A DNA stretch of 63,985 nt, filler included, from Globobulimina sp. (GCA_003354225.1; 45 parts of 45 records of this genome joined end to end with filler, not necessarily neighbours in it); one strand, 5' to 3'; numbered from the whole stretch's first letter, positions 36,171 to 48,643 are shown. Notes: a model not told the origin generated them from the letters alone. A program made the numbers and translations.

Positions 36171-36636
36171 GGGAATGTACAAAACAATCCAACATTACTT
36201 TACCATGTGCCCTGCCAATAGAACTATGTCAATTAATGGCAAATCATATATTATTTACTGTGTTGGTAGAAACCAATGTGGCGAATTTGGTCTTGGTAAT
36301 TGCCTCAAAGCAAGAAAGTATGAGTCTCCACAATATATATACACACAATTCGAAAAATTCTATATTCAAACTGAAGCAAATAGAATATACTATGCTGGCC
36401 TTGATACCATTAGCAAGGAGTTTATTTCTCAATTTAAGCAATTAAAATTGTTCAAAAAAAAAACAAATGGACACAAAAGCAATATATTATCGATAAGTGA
36501 TGGATTTCAGGCAAATCATACATTTTTTGTGATACAAAACACTGAAAACAGGGAAAATAATATGTTTGTATTTGGTAATAGCTATTCAGGACAGTTCGGC
36601 ATTGGTCATAGAACCAGAAAATATGAGAATATATAA
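36171..36636 (+). CDS. RCC1/BLIP-II repeat-like protein, short or degenerate
   Basis: IYCVGRNQCGEFGLG and HTFFV...MFVFGNSYSGQFGIG. Confidence 0.65.
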
Positions 36637-36819
36637 TTTATGAATACTGTTATTTATTGAAGATTTTTCATCACCTTTGATTTTGATTAAGTAAGTTGTT
36701 GATTTTGATTTTTGATTTGGCTCAAGTACTACTACCGCTCATGTCTGCTCCCAGCAAAGTCACAAACCACAGTATTACAAGCATTGATAATCAGCAATTG
36801 ATGATTGAAGCAATTGATT

Positions 36820-36890
36820 CGTCGCCTAGCTCAAGCAGAACACTGGATGCGTCCAGAGATTCAGGTTCAAATCCTGAGGCAACTCCAACA
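36820..36890 (+). mobile_element. Second copy of the tRNA-derived element head (pseudo-tRNA with a 4-nt anticodon loop)
   Basis: GCCTAGCTCAAGCAGAACACTGGA-TGCG-TCCAGAGATTCAGGTTCAAATCCTGAGGC...CCAACAAA aligns to 23123-23196. Confidence 0.75.
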
Positions 36891-37263
36891 AAATACAAGC
36901 ATTAAAATTGGATATTATAATGAATTAAAACGGTTATCNNNNNNNNNNNNNNNNNNNNNNNNNNNNNNNNNNNNNNNNNNNNTTAATTAATTAANNNNNN
37001 NNNNNNNNNNNNNNNNNNNNNNNNNNNNNNNNNNNNNNATTATTGTTTCTGAGAAACGAAGGCAAACCTATATAATTTTTGCCTTTGTCAGTCACCAGAA
37101 ACGGTTTGCATCTACCTTACCCCAATAAAAATCTGACGCTGAAAACCGGATGCTCTTATTAGCTCGCAAACAAGTGGCAATTCTAGTTAACATACATCAA
37201 AAAAAAGAGAGTAAACGCTTAAGCTTAAAAACAGTTTAGATACATCTTTGAACATTCATTTGA

Positions 37264-38037
37264 TTATATAAACTGTGTAGCATTTGCTGTTTCATTTGCT
37301 TCAATTATCATATCATTCTCCACATCGATATCCAACATCTTACCTATTGTTTCCTGTACTGTTCCAATTATATCATCCACGGAATTTTCAACTTCCATTT
37401 CATTGACGTCAGTTGGATCTCCCTCACTTGTTATTTTTTGAGTGTCATCCATTGCTTCATCCTCCTCTGATATACATTGTATATTCTTCACATTTATACT
37501 TTGTATTTGCGAGTCAATCCGGTGTTTCTTGACTGATTTATATAAACAACAAAGAAAAACAACGATTAAACATAGAATACCGATGGCCATTATAATAATT
37601 ATTAATGTACTGGCATCTGTTAATAATTCCTTATTCTTGTTATTTATTCCATCATTCTCAATTTCTGTCGTTGTAATTTCAGAATCATTCACTTGAATCA
37701 CTTCAACCTCCAACTCATTCACAACAGTAACTGTCAACACATTGGTTGTATCATCCACTGTTTCTATAAACCTTTCTTCCAAATCATTTTGCATAAAATT
37801 AATAATCAATGTATTGCCATTTATGCATTCAAGACAGATGCTTGCATTTATATTTGCATTATTTAAGTTATCATTCAATTTGATGGAAACAAAATACTTT
37901 CTAACATGACAATTTACAGAATCATCAATCACTGTTTCTATAAATATTCCCGCTGCGTTCGATAAAGTATCAATCACTGCATCTCGCGAACTTAACTCGT
38001 TTGTCAGTATGTAATCAAACGATATTTGTAACATCAC
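37264..38037 (-). CDS. Single-pass membrane protein, C-terminal part
   Basis: TM LIIIIMAIGILCLIVVFLCCLY followed by a basic stop-transfer and an acidic tail. Confidence 0.65.
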   Translation of the reverse strand: MMLQISFDYILTNELSSRDAVIDTLSNAAGIFIETVIDDSVNCHVRKYFVSIKLNDNLNNANINASICLECINGNTLIINFMQNDLEERFIETVDDTTNVLTVTVVNELEVEVIQVNDSEITTTEIENDGINNKNKELLTDASTLIIIIMAIGILCLIVVFLCCLYKSVKKHRIDSQIQSINVKNIQCISEEDEAMDDTQKITSEGDPTDVNEMEVENSVDDIIGTVQETIGKMLDIDVENDMIIEANETANATQFI

Positions 38038-38462
38038 ATCGCCAGCGTTGCCACATTGCCTTAATTGGTGTCAATCTGTGATTTTTATAAAAGTAGAATG
38101 CAATGATAATATTTTGCATACGTTGGTGCATTGGAAGTTGTTGGGTTTGATGTTGTCGCCAATTGTCTGTAATATATATACGTATAAATATCGCATAATG
38201 CATAATATGTCAAACACATATAATGTACTCAACAAATTTAAATACTGCCACGTTTTAACAGATGTTATATTTTTTTTAAATAGCTGCCCTCCAAACGCAT
38301 AAATTGTTGCATTCACCAAAATAACTCCAGAATGGTGTACAGAATAATTCAAATTCGCAGCANNNNNNNNNNNNNNNNNNNNNNNNNNNNNNNNNNNNNN
38401 NNNNNNTTAATTAATTAANNNNNNNNNNNNNNNNNNNNNNNNNNNNNNNNNNNNNNNNNNNN

Positions 38463-39786
38463 TATAAAAAAGAAGGAATAAATATGCAAGAGATTGCATT
38501 TGAAAATAATTTGGAATGTATTGAAATGGTTGAAATGAAAGGTTTAATCGATATGCTTTCAGAAGAAGTGAGTTTAAATGGCAGTGATAAAACATTTAAA
38601 CAAAAGCTTGATAACAGATTTAAGGACAATGCATATTATCGGCCATATTTGAAACAAGACTCAGTATTTACAATATCTCATTATGCGGGAAATGTAAATT
38701 ATGATAGTACCGGTTTTCTGGAGAAAACCAAAAATGTATTAATGCCACATTTAATTGATTTGGTCAACACGTCAGATCATCCGATATTAAATACTTTATT
38801 TAAAAGTTCGTCAAAAAATAACAATAAAAACAAATCTAAAACATTAGGCAAACACTTTATTTCTGATTTATCCAAATTAATAAAAGCAGTCAATGCAACC
38901 AAACCAACTTACGTTCGATGCATAAAACCCAACGATGAGAAACAGAAACATATTTGGAATGCGTCAAAGGTATTAAATCAGATGAAATGTGGTGGACTAT
39001 TTTCAGCAATATCAGTAAGACAGAAAGGATTTTCATACAGACAGCATTTTGGTTATTTTGTCGAGAGATATAAATGGTGCGTAAAAGATAAGGGAATTAG
39101 AAATAAATTTGATGGTGACACTGATTTCAAGAAAATATGCGAAATAATTATTAATCACATACGAGATAAATTGAATGCAAATGATATTCAAATTGGGGAA
39201 ACAAAGATATTTTATCGTGAATCACAATTAGTTATTTTAGAAAATATTCGAGATGAAAATTTAAAATTAATATTTGTTTCAACACAAAAATTAATTCGTT
39301 ACGCAAATGTACTGAGACAATTAGCTATTTTAAAAAAGATAAAAAAGATTTTAAATGATGGATTTGCGGAGAACAATAAAACGAAAATACAAAAGGGCAT
39401 TGAAATATTTTATGCGTATAATAAAAAAGAAGTGAATTTGTTCAGAATGGATGAAATTGACAAAGCGGAGGAATTTATGAAAAATGCTGGTGATGAATTT
39501 GACGAAGTTGACCAAGTTGATGATGGTTGTAAGCAAATGGATATTGTTGATGCAAATGATTTGAGTGTAGATTTGACTCCAGAAAGAAATTCAAACAATT
39601 CAACAAGTTCAGATTCAAAATATATTGAAGCATTTGTGGAGGATGTCGATGATGACTTTAGTTCATTATGTGTTCCATCAATAAAACAATTTGATTCGAT
39701 GTCAATTGTATCAACAATTGATGATGAAATAATACGTGAGTTAGAAAGAAGTGACAGTGATTTAAATGTATTAATTGCAGAAGAAT
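38463..39786 (+). CDS. Myosin heavy chain, C-terminal half of the motor plus tail, partial
   Basis: FTISHYAGNVNYDSTGFLEK, YVRCIKPND, VLNQMKCGG, IGETKIF. Confidence 0.95.
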
Positions 39787-39886
39787 NNNNNNNNNNNNNN
39801 NNNNNNNNNNNNNNNNNNNNNNNNNNNNNNTTAATTAATTAANNNNNNNNNNNNNNNNNNNNNNNNNNNNNNNNNNNNNNNNNNNN

Positions 39887-41210
39887 GAAAATGCTGCCAA
39901 CACGTCCTTTTCCTCATCACTCTGTATATAATTTATAGAATGTTTCCGCATCATTTCCTGCGGATAGCCCGCGTATTTAATAAAATTCTCCTCTTCCAAC
40001 AAAATAGACGCACGAAAATCTAACCTCACGTCGGGCACATTGCTTTGATAGATATTATTCCCCAAAGAACCACGCTTTTCGTAATTTTGGCCGATACAAT
40101 GTTGCTTGAAGGAGACGTCAAAGCCGCTGTGCAACACTGAGTTCCTCGCCAATTCACACAAATCAATGGATGACAAATTGTACACTTGAGCTGCGATGCT
40201 GTACTCTTCCAACAGTGCATCCTTTGTGTAATGTATCAATAATGGGTCGTCCGTCGATAATGTGATATTCAATCCACGTTTAAAAAAAGATGGCAACGGA
40301 TTGTTGTCGTATTCTGTAAATAAAATATTATTCGATAGCGGACTCATTGCTGTGGAACGAAGTACATTTGTAAATAACATGGAACATTCTGCAGTGCTGT
40401 ACATATATATAGTTATTTATACAAACCTAAACCAATTTGCTTCAAATAATACAGGTATTGCAGTACCGGCGCATGCTTCAGCCGTATCCCATGAGCTATG
40501 GAGTTTGCTAACAAAAAAGCAGAGCCTAAGTGGTCAAAATCGCCCGCCTCCCCACAATGCGGCCGAAAGGAAAACACATTCATGTCACGCTCCTCGCGCA
40601 ACCTATTCAATTTGCAGATATTCACCCAAGTGTAATACAAGTAATATATGTATGGCGGGTTCTCTTTTTGTTTCCACTGCGACGGATCGGGATATTTTCG
40701 CCGCTTTTGTTCCGGCTGACTTTCGTCATCAACGCTATCAAAACCAACCACAATCTGTAAAAATAAATGCAGACTGGGATGAGACGCCGGATTCAATGTC
40801 ACCTCAAACAGCGGAGTGAAGAAATTCGACAGCATGTCGTTGAAGCATTTAATCGATGGAATGCCAATCTTTCTGAAAATGGTATATATCCGCGGCATTT
40901 GTATCAACCAACGCGTATTGGAGGAATACAGCCCATTGTTGCAGATCCAGTCACCCATAACATCCCATTCCTCCTTTTTCTTGCCATAGATCGACAGTCG
41001 ATACTCAGCATACTGATACCTCGAATCTTCCAAACCGTGCGCGACTTCCTCGGTTATCTCAGCCAAATATCTCCCTGCGAATGGATATGAATTCTAACTT
41101 CTAAGTCAAAAATAAAGTTATAACATAGATACCTTCGATCAAATTGTCAGTCTTCAAAAATATAGTCCTTAGCTGCGCTTTTCCCACAGGATTGTACTTC
41201 GCGTTGAATT
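39887..41210 (-). CDS. AMPD: AMP deaminase, partial, multi-exon
   Basis: [47 protein letters not shown]. Confidence 0.95.
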
Positions 41211-41310
41211 NNNNNNNNNNNNNNNNNNNNNNNNNNNNNNNNNNNNNNNNNNNNTTAATTAATTAANNNNNNNNNNNNNNNNNNNNNNNNNNNNNNNNNN
41301 NNNNNNNNNN

Positions 41311-41943
41311 TGGCGGGGCGATTCACCCAAATTAATACGCATTTTATTTGAAATGGCGCGATATTATGCACCTTCTGTTATATTTTTTGATGAGATCGAT
41401 GCCATTGCATCTTCGCGGAGCATGAATGGTGGCAATAATCATGATTCATCGAGACAGTTATAATTAAAATCTGAGTTATTAATACAAATGGATGGTGTTG
41501 GCAGTTGCAGTGACATTGGAAATGTGATTGTGTTGGCAGCCACCAATTATCCATGGTTATTGGACGAAGCATTACGCAGAAGATTAGAGAAAAGAATCTA
41601 TATCGATTTGCCTGATACTGATTCTCGAATATCTTTATTTAAAATGTATTTTCAAGATTTAGATTTAGAAAAAGATATTGATTTCGATAAACTGAGTGAA
41701 ATAACCCAAGGGTACAACACATCGGATATTCAAATAATTTGTAGAAACGCTTCAATGGTTCCAATCAGAAAAAAATTACAAAATATTGATGTGACCGATT
41801 TACAGAATTTCAAAACATCTGACATTGATACAAAAATAACGCATGCGGATATTGAGAATGTTATACTTAAAATTAAATCTTCTGTTTCAAAGCAGGATGT
41901 TGCGAAACATAAGCAATGGTTTAATCAATTTGGTAGTCTGTAA
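41311..41943 (+). CDS. Katanin p60-like AAA ATPase, 3' part, with an in-frame TAA at 41461
   Basis: [64 protein letters not shown], and C-terminal WFNQFGS. Confidence 0.88.
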
Positions 41944-42734
41944 CATTTTCTTTTATTTAATATTTAGGTATTTGTTGAGGTGTCTGTTTATAGGAGAGGT
42001 TACTTTAAGTACTGTCTATAAATGTATCCTCATCACTTGTTTTATCATTCTTTGCTGGTGCTTTCTAATAATTGTCAAAATCATTGTCGCTCAGTTTCTT
42101 TTCATAACCAATTGCAAAAATATCACGGGAATATTATTTTTATTATGCAATCACTGTATGGTCTTTTTATGGGTAAAACACTGTACCCATATTCAGTATC
42201 GGATCTTGACTGGTAACGTGTTTTCAGACTCGATTTACTGAATATGGGTAAAGTACTATCATATCAAAATGTTTGTAAACACTTTAATTAGGATTTACTT
42301 TAAGCTCAAAACTTTTAGTCATTTAACAATCCACATCACGTGAGAACTTTTGAGAACTTTTCGTGTAGATGGTCAAAAAGAATATGCTGATTATTTGAAT
42401 TAATCTTGATGTGGAATCAACGATTCATTTGGAATATCACATATCATGGATAATATCATGTGCTGAGCAAATAAAATTATCATTTCAAGCAATTTGAATT
42501 TTACAGACGAATTAGCAATTGGGACACATTCATGTCCTCCGAAAACGTTTTTTCAACGCAATGTGAAAACCATTACGAACCAACCATCATCGGTCGGCAG
42601 ATATTTTTCAGACTCTGTACAGACCAGGGATGGANNNNNNNNNNNNNNNNNNNNNNNNNNNNNNNNNNNNNNNNNNNNTTAATTAATTAANNNNNNNNNN
42701 NNNNNNNNNNNNNNNNNNNNNNNNNNNNNNNNNN

Positions 42735-42747
42735 CTGTATACAGAAC
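42735..42747. promoter_or_regulatory. Candidate palindromic operator upstream of the IclR gene
   Basis: Perfect palindrome CTGTATACAG about 30 bp before the ATG; cut by the contig edge. Confidence 0.3.
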
Positions 42748-42770
42748 ATTAACCAAACAAAAGGTTATTC

Positions 42771-43553
42771 ATGACCACACAGGAAAAAAAATCAACCTAT
42801 AACCCAACTTCTCCAGCCGTAGAACAGGCTGCACAATTATTGTTCTGTCTTGGAAATAACACATCAGGAGATATGGGGGTGACAACCATCTGCAAAGAAA
42901 TCGGTATCCATAAAAGCAAAGGATACTCCATTTTAAACGCTTTGGTACACTATGATCTGATTACAAAAAATAAGTTAACAAAAACGTATTCTCTGGGACC
43001 TGCCCTAATGCCATTGGCAAGAAAAGCACAGGAAAAACTGGATATAACAACCATTGCCAAAGATCACTTGCAAAATTTAGCAAACAAAACCAATGCCAGT
43101 GTTCTGCTCGGAATTATAAGCAACGATCAATTCTATATTGCCAATAAATATGATGGCAATGCAAAATTATCGGTTACTGTTCGCCAGCACCAATCACTGC
43201 ACATCACACATGGCGCCCATGGAAAGGCAATTTTTGCGTTTTTAAAAGAGAAAGAGCAAGATCGAATCATCCAGTCAGGCCAACTCGATTTCCACGGTGA
43301 AACAGTCGATTTTGATCCAAACAGACTCAAACAGGAACTCCAATCCTGCCGCAGAAATGGATATGCCGTTGATAATGGGGAAATCACCCATGGGATTAAA
43401 GCGATCAGCTCTCCAATTTTCGATTCCAATAACAGTGTGACAGCAGCCATAGTGCTGGTTGGTACGTTTAACGAGGAATCCTTTGAAAAATTAGGAAAAA
43501 TGGTTTCTCAAACAAGCAGAACAATTTCTAAAAACCTAGGAGCAAACATTTAA
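42771..43553 (+). CDS. Bacterial IclR-family transcriptional regulator
   Basis: HTH GVTTICKEIGIHKSKGYSIL...YSLGP; effector domain GAHGKA...GYAVDNGE...AISSPIFD. Confidence 0.95.
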   Translation: MTTQEKKSTYNPTSPAVEQAAQLLFCLGNNTSGDMGVTTICKEIGIHKSKGYSILNALVHYDLITKNKLTKTYSLGPALMPLARKAQEKLDITTIAKDHLQNLANKTNASVLLGIISNDQFYIANKYDGNAKLSVTVRQHQSLHITHGAHGKAIFAFLKEKEQDRIIQSGQLDFHGETVDFDPNRLKQELQSCRRNGYAVDNGEITHGIKAISSPIFDSNNSVTAAIVLVGTFNEESFEKLGKMVSQTSRTISKNLGANI

Positions 43554-44058
43554 TGGAAAAAGATAAAACAACCATTGTAAAAACCACCACCTGGTCTGCA
43601 GGCCCCGGATGCCATGGCGGTTGCGGCGTACTCGCCCATATCAAAAACAATAAATTGGTAAAGCTGGAAGGCGATCCCGATCATCCCTGGAACCAGGGAA
43701 GACTTTGTGCCAGAGCACTTGCCATGACCCAGTATATCGATCATGAAGACCGGCTTACTTCTCCTTTAAAACGTGTGGGTAAACGCGGAGACGACAAGTT
43801 TGAAAAGATATCCTGGGAAGAAGCCTTTGATACAATTGAAGAAAAAATGAAAGATATCCGGGAGGAATTCGGACCTGAAAGCATGATTTTCTCCATGGGA
43901 ACAGGAAGAGACATCGGTCGCTGGATATGCATGTTGGCTTATGCGTATGGCAGTCCTAATGTCATGTTTGCATTGAGTGGTAATGCCTGCTACAGCCCGA
44001 GGATTGCAGCGTTGGACACAATCCAGGGCGACTTCAGTGTGTTTGATGCAGCACAATG
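43553..44058 (+). CDS. Bacterial molybdopterin (bis-MGD) oxidoreductase catalytic subunit, N-terminal part
   Basis: WSAGPGCHGGCG...EGDPDHPWNQGRLCAR...DRLTSPLKRVGKRG..FEKISWEEAFD; TAATG stop/start overlap and AGGAG RBS. Confidence 0.93.
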
Positions 44059-44158
44059 NNNNNNNNNNNNNNNNNNNNNNNNNNNNNNNNNNNNNNNNNN
44101 NNTTAATTAATTAANNNNNNNNNNNNNNNNNNNNNNNNNNNNNNNNNNNNNNNNNNNN

Positions 44159-44456
44159 CGATCCAGCTATCCACCACTCCAAAATGGCAGGTCACATAAC
44201 AAGAATGTCCTGCTGGGACACCACACCATGCATTGCCTGTGTCATTGCGAAATGTAAAAACCAATCCCGTGTGATGTCGCCAAGTATGTGCTCCTAATTC
44301 TGATTTGCACCAATCAGCTTTGGTCATTATAAGTTTATCGAAACTTGCTTGAATCGGCATGGGATTACCTCTACCTGTTCTTGATAGAGCATATATATGG
44401 TATTTCTTTCTCTTATCACGATGGTTGTCGGCGCCTGAAGAGCTTGAGCTTCCCAT
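44159..44456 (-). CDS. Hypothetical protein with an N-myristoylation-like start, partial
   Basis: MGSSSSS N-terminus; divergent from NDUFS7. Confidence 0.5.
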
Positions 44457-44732
44457 GGAGTGATTAGTCAGTTGATCGAGTGAGTCAATTCAGCAAAAAG
44501 TTTTAAGTTTACTATCATCTCGCATTAAGATGATCGCATCAAGCAGTTTATGAGGTGACATTGATTGGAATGGATTGTTATTGTATGTAGCATTTTGTTT
44601 TGAATCTTGATTGTTATATTATTGTCCATTGAATTATGCGTCCCTTAATTAATTACTCGACTTCTCCGACTCAAAAACACAGATACAGAAGAATACAATT
44701 TTCCACGTCTAGCAAGTGAAGTCAGCGTCTCA

Positions 44733-45482
44733 ATGCGCTCTCATTACGTGATGAAACACCTAAAATTAGTGAACAAATTAGCATTAAACAGCAACATCTC
44801 GCCAGTCTCCTATCGAGTGTCATGTAGGTCATTCACAAATTGGCCAACCACATTTCCAGCATTAGAAGAAGCAATGCAAAAAGTGCCAGGACCCTCGCCA
44901 TCGGAAGCCTTGGCCTCGGCCTATTCCTCTCCAAAAGCAGACTCATTGCAACAATTCATGAACAAGGCCTATCCCGCCGGGCCTCGCAATACTGCCGAAT
45001 ATGCAGTGTTTGGCGCGGACAAAGTGTTTCAATATTTGAAGCGCAATCAATTGTGGTCATTGACCTTTGGTTTGGCGTGTTGTGCGGTGGAAATGATGCA
45101 TACTCATGGCGCCAGATACGATTTCCATCGCTTTAATATGATCCCGCGAGCCTCGCCTCGCCAGGCCAGAGTCATGATCATTTCTGGCACGTTGACCAAC
45201 AAAATGGCGCCCGCTTTGCGCACAGTGTGGGACCAAATGCCTGTGCCCAAATATGTTGTTTCTATGGGAAGTTGTGCCAATGGCGGCGGATATTACCATG
45301 TTAAGTGTAGTCTATTTCATGTGTATGATGTATGCAATGTGATATGTGATATGTATTTGTGTCAGTATTCGTATGCTGTGGTCCGTGGATGTGACCGTAT
45401 TGTGCCAGTTGACATTTATGTGCCGGGATGTCCACCGAGTGCAGAGGCATTGTTGTATGGTATGATCCAATTACAAAAGAAA
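44733..45482 (+). CDS. NDUFS7: Complex I PSST subunit (NuoB homolog), nuclear-encoded with a transit peptide; intron 45300-45365
   Basis: [68 protein letters not shown]. Confidence 0.97.
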
Positions 45483-45584
45483 NNNNNNNNNNNNNNNNNN
45501 NNNNNNNNNNNNNNNNNNNNNNNNNNTTAATTAATTAANNNNNNNNNNNNNNNNNNNNNNNNNNNNNNNNNNNNNNNNNNNNTT

Positions 45585-46646
45585 GGTGGTGGTACTACAG
45601 ATATCTGCAAATTAGAGGGATCTTCAAGCCAACAAATAGAACATACGAATATTTATACAGAGGAAGGATCAAATGATCTTAAAATATCCACTGTCAAAAC
45701 TATAGGGACACGAATATTTTGTGGGAAAACATCTGGATTTTCTTGTATTTTAAATACAAATGGAGATGGATGCGATTCTGGACAACCAACAATATGCGAA
45801 AATTATATTAGTCCTACATCTGAACCTACGTTGGAACCAACATCATATCCGTCATCATATCCAACCGAACCTACATTGGAACCAACATCATATCCGTCAT
45901 TATATCCAACCGAAACATCAGTATATCAAACATTATATCCATCATTATATCCAACAAAAGCTGAAACAACAACAAGTCGGGCTAATACTGACAGTTTTGT
46001 TGAAAACAAAGGCAGAAACGATATTGATTCAACATTGCTTATAATCATTGGAATATTAATACTTTCCTTTATCATTGTTGTATTTGTCGCAGTTTCATTG
46101 TTTTATTGTTACAAACCATGGAAAAAACAAAATATTAAACCAAATCCAGACAAGAATATAAACAATGTTGAAATTGTAAAAATGGATGATGAAGATATTG
46201 TGACCGCTATAAATCGAACAGATATTGGATTTGTGGGAACATCGGATGGTGATTATGATATTGTGGCCGCTATAAATCGAACAAATATTGGTAACTCTGA
46301 TGAGTATGCAATGAAACTCATGCAAATGAATAGTATTTCAACGCGTGATACAAATGATGGCAACACGGACGAGGTTGATAAGCAAGCGATGGATGTAAAT
46401 GATGTCAGTGCCGTACATGAGGGAGTTAATTATAATTTAGATGAAGATGGAGCAAAAGAAGTGAACTTATGGTTGAAGTCAATGGGATTTCTTATGTATT
46501 ATGATACATTTATGCAGAATGGATTTGATTCAATGGAATCTATTCAAGAAATCACGGATAAGAATGTATTCAATGATATTGGTATTACGTTGATAGGGCA
46601 TCAGTTGAAACTCATGAAATATATCAAAAAATCGAAAGCAACGTGA
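45585..46646 (+). CDS. Single-pass membrane protein with a PT/PS-repeat stalk and C-terminal SAM domain, 5' truncated
   Basis: EPTSYPSSYPT repeats, a TM helix, and WLKSMGFLMYYDTFMQNGFD...IGITLIGHQLKL. Confidence 0.8.
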   Translation, partial: GGGTTDICKLEGSSSQQIEHTNIYTEEGSNDLKISTVKTIGTRIFCGKTSGFSCILNTNGDGCDSGQPTICENYISPTSEPTLEPTSYPSSYPTEPTLEPTSYPSLYPTETSVYQTLYPSLYPTKAETTTSRANTDSFVENKGRNDIDSTLLIIIGILILSFIIVVFVAVSLFYCYKPWKKQNIKPNPDKNINNVEIVKMDDEDIVTAINRTDIGFVGTSDGDYDIVAAINRTNIGNSDEYAMKLMQMNSISTRDTNDGNTDEVDKQAMDVNDVSAVHEGVNYNLDEDGAKEVNLWLKSMGFLMYYDTFMQNGFDSMESIQEITDKNVFNDIGITLIGHQLKLMKYIKKSKAT

Positions 46647-47006
46647 AATTTTTGTATATTCATTATGTATCAATACCATTTTTGTGTTTTGTTTTGGTGA
46701 TGTCTTCGTTTTGCGATTTTTCTTTTTTTTTTGTATTATAATTATCAACAAAAAAACAAATATTTCTCTATATCATTTGTAATGTTTCTCTGCGCTTCGA
46801 AGACAATGTGACTTTTGGAATAACATGATATCATCAATGAAATTTAATGAACAATTTCTGTTTGGTGAAGTATAATGAATGTGATGTTGATCTGGATTTG
46901 AATGAANNNNNNNNNNNNNNNNNNNNNNNNNNNNNNNNNNNNNNNNNNNNTTAATTAATTAANNNNNNNNNNNNNNNNNNNNNNNNNNNNNNNNNNNNNN
47001 NNNNNN

Positions 47007-47493
47007 TGTGTTAACTATGCACAAAGAAAAGATACCACGTGTATCCTTACCTGAAGTATTAGAATCTTGTCAGATCTGCCCAGGAAATCCATGCTGCACA
47101 GATCTCAAACGACATCTGAGATTTGTTCACTCAACAAATGCACCTCATCCACCTTATTATCATTGTGACAAATGTTTGGAAACATTTTTTACTGAGTTGG
47201 TCCTAAAGGAACATATATGTGATGGTTTACTAGCCGAAAAAGATCCATATAAAAGATTTTTCTGTCCATATTGTGGAAGTATGGGATATGAAAAAAAGAG
47301 TAATCTTGTTCAGCATATGAGAGAAAAACATTCTGAAAACCCTCCCTCATACAAATGTGAAAAAGAAGGTTGCAAATTTTCAACATATCGAAAATGGAAT
47401 TTGAATTTACACTTGTGTAATCCCAATCGAGATTTGTACATGATTTCAAAAAAACATCGTCAACCGACCGAGTATATAAACAGTCAAGATTGA
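47007..47493 (+). CDS. C2H2 zinc finger protein, 3' part
   Basis: Four CxxC/HxxxxH-type fingers. Confidence 0.8.
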
Positions 47494-47528
47494 CCACCAG
47501 CATCATTCATTCAGTTTATAGTTTAATC

Positions 47529-48074
47529 ATGGAGCCGACAGAAGCCATGCACGCTCTTAACCCGAAAATGAAGTCTAAAAATAAAAAAATGGTGAATAAT
47601 TTTCCACAAATCGATTGTAAATATTGCAGTCTGCTTTGTATGCTGATTATACTTTTGCTGGCCGAGTTTATGCTAAGTACACCTATGAAAGTTAATGTAT
47701 CAGAAGGAGAATGTTATGACAAACGCGATATTTCATTGGATTCCAATGGTACATACAGTATAGTTTTATGCAAAAACTATATCGAAAGTAGAAGGTATCA
47801 TAGTCTACATTTCAAACTATCTGGAGAAGTGTACAACTTCAACCAAATCGATGCAGAATCGTTAAGATATTTTCTGCTATGGTGCCCACATCAAGGAAAA
47901 GTTTGTGATAATTATGTCACAAACAGAAATGGTTGTTACAAAGCATTGAAGTACAAAGAAATAACGAGCTGCTTTGGAAATCGAATGGAATTGATTTATA
48001 TGACCATTGGAAATTCAACATTAATCCCTCCTCAAGCGAAAAAGTTAGAACAAGTTGTGATTTACTGGTTTTAG
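47529..48074 (+). CDS. Hypothetical type II membrane protein, Cys-rich
   Basis: One TM helix followed by a Cys-containing domain; complete ORF. Confidence 0.5.
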   Translation: MEPTEAMHALNPKMKSKNKKMVNNFPQIDCKYCSLLCMLIILLLAEFMLSTPMKVNVSEGECYDKRDISLDSNGTYSIVLCKNYIESRRYHSLHFKLSGEVYNFNQIDAESLRYFLLWCPHQGKVCDNYVTNRNGCYKALKYKEITSCFGNRMELIYMTIGNSTLIPPQAKKLEQVVIYWF

Positions 48075-48643
48075 AATTGATAAATGATCAAAAATTATTT
48101 TGTCTGTGTCTATTTATGTTTTGTAAATAAAATTTAAAATGATGCAAGTTCGGTTTTTGTTTCTTACACACCAACAGCATAGAGAAACCATAAAATTTAA
48201 GAATATTGATTGATAATTCTAGTTTTAGCGACAGTCAATATCATTTTCCCTACGCCAGTAAAAATTTCTAACGAGCAAACAAAACAGGCCTGCATCATAC
48301 TGAAAATTTAAATTTCGATTGAGTGGTTGTNNNNNNNNNNNNNNNNNNNNNNNNNNNNNNNNNNNNNNNNNNNNTTAATTAATTAANNNNNNNNNNNNNN
48401 NNNNNNNNNNNNNNNNNNNNNNNNNNNNNNACATGTGATGAGAAACACCACTTAATAACATCGATGCGATTATATTTCCACCACTGGAATACGTACATAA
48501 TACGTTGTTTGTTCCAGCAGAATACTTTGTTTTGCAAAAAATCTGAGGTTGACAAGGGGGGCTTTTGATATGATACTTTTTTGAGGTGGTTTTTGTTTGG
48601 TCTTTGTTTTTTTTAATTGTCTTGTTTTATTTTGGAAAAAAAG

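Noticed and set aside
36820-36890. A functional tRNA gene
   Set aside because: The anticodon loop is 4 nt, the acceptor stem is mismatched and the D-loop lacks GG; treated as a tRNA-derived repeat.
41461-41463. In-frame TAA as stop-codon reassignment
   Set aside because: It is part of a 6-nt insertion relative to the family alignment, and TAA ends many other genes here, including this one.
41311-45482. Bacterial genes beside eukaryotic genes as horizontal transfer
   Set aside because: They lie on separate contigs joined by linkers, so there is no physical linkage.
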